Source of the DNA: an uncultured Gemmatimonadales bacterium | GTDB lineage: Bacteria > Gemmatimonadota > Gemmatimonadetes > Gemmatimonadales > Gemmatimonadaceae | Assembly (NCBI GenBank): GCA_963850905.1 | Contig: CAWKMU010000003.1 | Span: 384,001 to 448,000, forward strand | Reading direction: 5' to 3' | Length of the DNA: 64,000 nt | Shown: positions 60,840 through 64,000 of the stretch, piece by piece | Numbering within the stretch: position 1 is the first letter of the stretch | Layout: the number at the start of each line of letters is the position of its first letter | The notes under the pieces: generated by a model | What the model was told of the DNA's origin: nothing | The model's input: the letters and a program-made list of their open reading frames with translations, nothing else | The model's database searches: none | Made by a program: the position numbers and the translations under genes

Positions 60840-60864
60840 GTAGGGGCGACGCATGGCGTCGCCC
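60840..60864 (+). repeat. GTAG-family REP
   Basis: GTAGGGGCGACGCATGGCGTCGCCC. Confidence 0.85.
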
Positions 60865-60930
60865 TCTTGCGCCGCGCGCACCGGGGTGGGCGATGCCTTG
60901 CGTTGCCCCCCGCCGCGTCGCCGTTCGCAC

Positions 60931-61743
60931 TTAACCTATGGTCACGCCGACGCGCGGCCTGCGCTCTGGATGGGCGCCGGTGCGTGAGCCGTGACGGAAG
61001 GGATCATAGAGATCCTCATCGCGCACACCTATGGATCGCGCGAGGGCGAGCGGCCACGCGATGTCCCCGACGCCCTCCGCGGTGTGTCCGTCCGAGCCGA
61101 GCGACAACCGCACCCCCGCTGCGTGCGCACGCTGCACGAATCGCTCGTGCGGACGGTAGCGATTCGAGATCTCGAACGCGATGCCACGGCCACGCAGCGC
61201 CGCCACGGCGCGGGCTTCCCGTGCTTCCGTCCAGAGAGACTCGAGCGGCAGCGCGCGCAGCGGGACCGGGAGCAAGGTCGGGATGCGCCAGGATGTCGAC
61301 GGGCATCTCGATCGCGAATTGCTCCAGCGCTGCCACATGGAAATCCATGTACAGCATCGGCCGAGAGGCCTGCCGGCAGCGGACCGTGAAACATGCTGAC
61401 CATCACCTCGTCGACCGGGATCGCGTGTAGTGAACCAAGGCGATGCGTGAATCGGCGCACGACGGCGGGCGGCAGCTCCCGCCACAGGAGGTCGTGCCAA
61501 CAGCACTCACCGCCGATCGCAAGATCGTCATCACCGAGCGCCTCGAGTGCGTCGAGATACTCCGTGATCCGCTCGATCGAGGTCAGACCATGGGTGGTGT
61601 CGTGCGTCACATGATCGGAGATCGACGGTCGCACCCCCCGCGCGCGGACGGCGGCGACGAGCGCTTCAGGCGACAGGTCCCCGTCGGACCACGTCGTATG
61701 CGCGTGGCAATCGCGTGGCTGCCACGCGCGCACGCAGCGTCAT
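60931..61743 (-). CDS. PHP-domain phosphoesterase, frameshifted
   Basis: DCHAHT..SDG, ISDH, GSLH, ILAHP, FEISN, GSDGH spread over three frames. Confidence 0.8.
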
Positions 61744-64000
61744 GGCCGCCCGGCGGGACGCGCACCGTTGGGCGGCACGCGCACGCCCACGGCTGCCGGA
61801 GCCGCACCAGCCGGCGGAGTATTGGCTCGCGCACTTGGCGGCGGACTCGCCGTGCTCGGATGTGCGGGAGTCGCGTTTGGCGCAGCCACCGCCGGATAGC
61901 TGCCTCCGGCCGGCGCAGGCGCCTGCCCCGGCGCCGCGGCGATTGGGGCCGGAGGGCCACCACTGACGGGCATCTCCATGTGCAGCGTGTCGCCGACACT
62001 CGTGTCTGCCGCCGTATGGAGCGTGCACGGCTCCACGGGCTCGGTCCCGGGGATGTACCACTCGGTGTACACCACAGCTCGTTGGACAAAACTGGTTGCG
62101 CAGCATGCCGGTCGTGCGGTCGATGTCGCGCGCGACTAAGTCCTTCAGGGCGCGGCCAATCAGGTGGCGGCGGCTTCCGACGATAGACCTCGGTCATGAA
62201 GGCCGTCCACGCCGGTCCGGCGAGTCGCCCGCCCTGCGCATCGTGCATGATCTTCACCGGACGGTCCATTCCCATCCACACCCCGGCGACGAGATCGGCC
62301 GTGTACCCGATGAACCACACATCGTTGTAGTCGTTCGTCGTGCCCGTCTTGGCTGCGGCTGGCAGGTGGAATCCCGCGGCCCAGACCGATCCGTAAGCGG
62401 TGCCGTGCTGCACGACATCCTTCATCATGTCGACCATCTCCCACGCTTCTTCTGGCGAGAGGACAGGCGTGACGGTCGGCGCGGGCTCCCAGAGCACGTC
62501 GCCCTTGGCGTTCTCGACCCGGGTGATCGCCATCGGCGTGCTACGCGAGCCGAGCGTGGCGAACGCGGTGTATGCCGAGATCAGCTCCAGCGGATAGACG
62601 CCCTCCGAGCCGATGTAGATCGACGGATAGGGATGGATCGGCGTCGTGATGCCGAATCGCCGGGCCTCGTCGATCACGCTTTCCGGTCCCGAGCTCCATG
62701 CCGACGCGGATCGCGACCAGGTTGCGCGAGAGATACAGGCCGCGCCGCATCGTCATGACACCCTGAAACGTCCCGTCATAGTTTTGCGGCGCCCAGGTCG
62801 TGCTGTCGGGCTGCGGCACCTCCAGCGGCGAATCGTCGACCATGTAGGACGGCGGGCGGCCATTCTGGATCGCGTCGGCGTACACGATCGGCTTGAACGT
62901 CGATCCCGGCTGGCGGAGCGCCTGCGTCGCTCGGTCGAACTTCGAGTCGTCGAAGTCGCGCCCGCCCACCATGGCGCGAACCGCACCCGTTCGCGGGTCG
63001 AGCGCTACGAAGCACCCTTGCAGATACGGCGACACGGCGGCGCCACTCGGCTCGCCCGCCGACGCGTTGCGCGCGACGTAATCCTCGTAGCGTCTCGTGC
63101 GGGAACTTCCCGTACTTCCCGCCCTCGATCGCACGCAGCTGCTGCTCCAGCGCGCGCTCCGCGGCAGTCTGCATGTCGGGATCGAGCGTCGTGTACACCT
63201 TGAGCCCCTGCTCGTACAACTGCCGCCCGAACTGCGCGTCGAGCTGCTGACGAACCCATTCGACGAAGTAGGGTGCGACCTCGCCGCCGCCGGCCGGCCC
63301 CTTGTGAGCCAGCTGCAATGGGTAGGCGCGCGCCAGGCTCGCCTCGGCGTCGCTCACCGCTCCGGCACGGCGCATGAGCTCGATCACCGTGTTGCGTCGT
63401 GTAATCGCCCGTTCTGGATAGCGTCGCGGATTGTAGCGCTCGGGCCCCTTCGGCAACGCGGCGAGTGTCGCCGCTTCAGCGAGGTTGAGCTCGCGCGCGG
63501 ACTTGCCGAAATACTGCTGCGACGGCCGTCTCGACACCGTATGCGCCGTTGCCGAGATAGATCTGATTCAGGTACAGCTCGAGAATGCGATCCTTGGAAT
63601 ACTGGCTCTCGATCTCGCGGGCGACTTTGGCCTCTTTGAGCTTGCGGACCAGGGTCTTCTCCCGGGTGATCGTCTCAGGGAAGAGGTTACGGGCGAGCTG
63701 CATCGTGATCGTCGAGAAGCCCTGCGCGTACTGCCGCGCGATGACGTTGCGCGCCGCTGCGCCGACCACGCGCGTCCAGTCGATGCCGTGGTGCGAGAAG
63801 AACCGCTTGTCCTCGGTGATGACGAACGCGTTGCGAACCGGCATCGGGATCTCGGCCAAGCGTCAGCAGCGTCCGCCGCTCCAGTCCCAGCTCAGCCAGG
63901 AAGCTGCCGTCGGCGGCGTACAGCTTCGACGTCTGCCGCGGCTGATACGTGTCGAGGACATCGACGGCCGGACAGCGGCCGCTGTCGCAGACAAGCGACC
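61740..64000 (-). CDS. Class A penicillin-binding protein (PBP1A-like), 5'-partial, multiply frameshifted
   Basis: Transglycosylase motifs EDKRF..H.G, GFSTITMQL, RKLKE, YLNQIY. Transpeptidase motifs STFK, SRN, KTGT. Confidence 0.92.

Noticed and set aside
57832..64000. Apparent pseudogene cluster (HNH, ilvE, amidohydrolase, PHP, PBP1A all frameshifted)
   Set aside because: Catalytic motifs are intact and the lesions seen are small indels that rise sharply toward the window end. This fits low-coverage long-read error better than gene decay.

Overview
GC-rich bacterial chromosomal window. The gene content and repeats suggest Gemmatimonadota, which is an inference. Many conserved genes carry single-base frameshifts, densest beyond ~58 kb, which points to an unpolished long-read assembly. 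1-10.3 kb holds a rearranged type II secretion cluster (gspM'-C-D-E-F > < K-I-J, G > < H). A MauG-like di-heme enzyme with an extra N-terminal helical domain lies inside the cluster, which is followed by a secreted phospholipase C/phosphoesterase, a Zn-metalloprotease-like lipoprotein and an RND efflux triad. The middle is mostly housekeeping and metabolic: DMT and ABC transporters, CocE hydrolase, hydroxy-acid oxidase, extended ComF, an LLM monooxygenase/ATP-grasp pair, M16 peptidases, Fpg-like glycosylase, tRNA-Arg(CCG), MlaD, rho-ruvX-mltG-thiE, HD-GYP, rlmI-like, CDF, tdh-kbl, mpg and NYN. The main oddities are: (i) a 1004-aa ORF joining a complete sigma-54 response regulator in frame, through a signal-peptide-like segment, to an Omp85-like barrel, flanked by an NtrY-like kinase and a DUF4390-like gene; (ii) a 30-aa Lys/Arg-rich micro-protein with its own RBS and terminator; (iii) many GTAG-REPs and heptamer-armed (TGACCCC)n inverted-repeat elements, some supplying coding sequence or stop codons to host genes. 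No CRISPR array, transposase or rRNA gene was seen.
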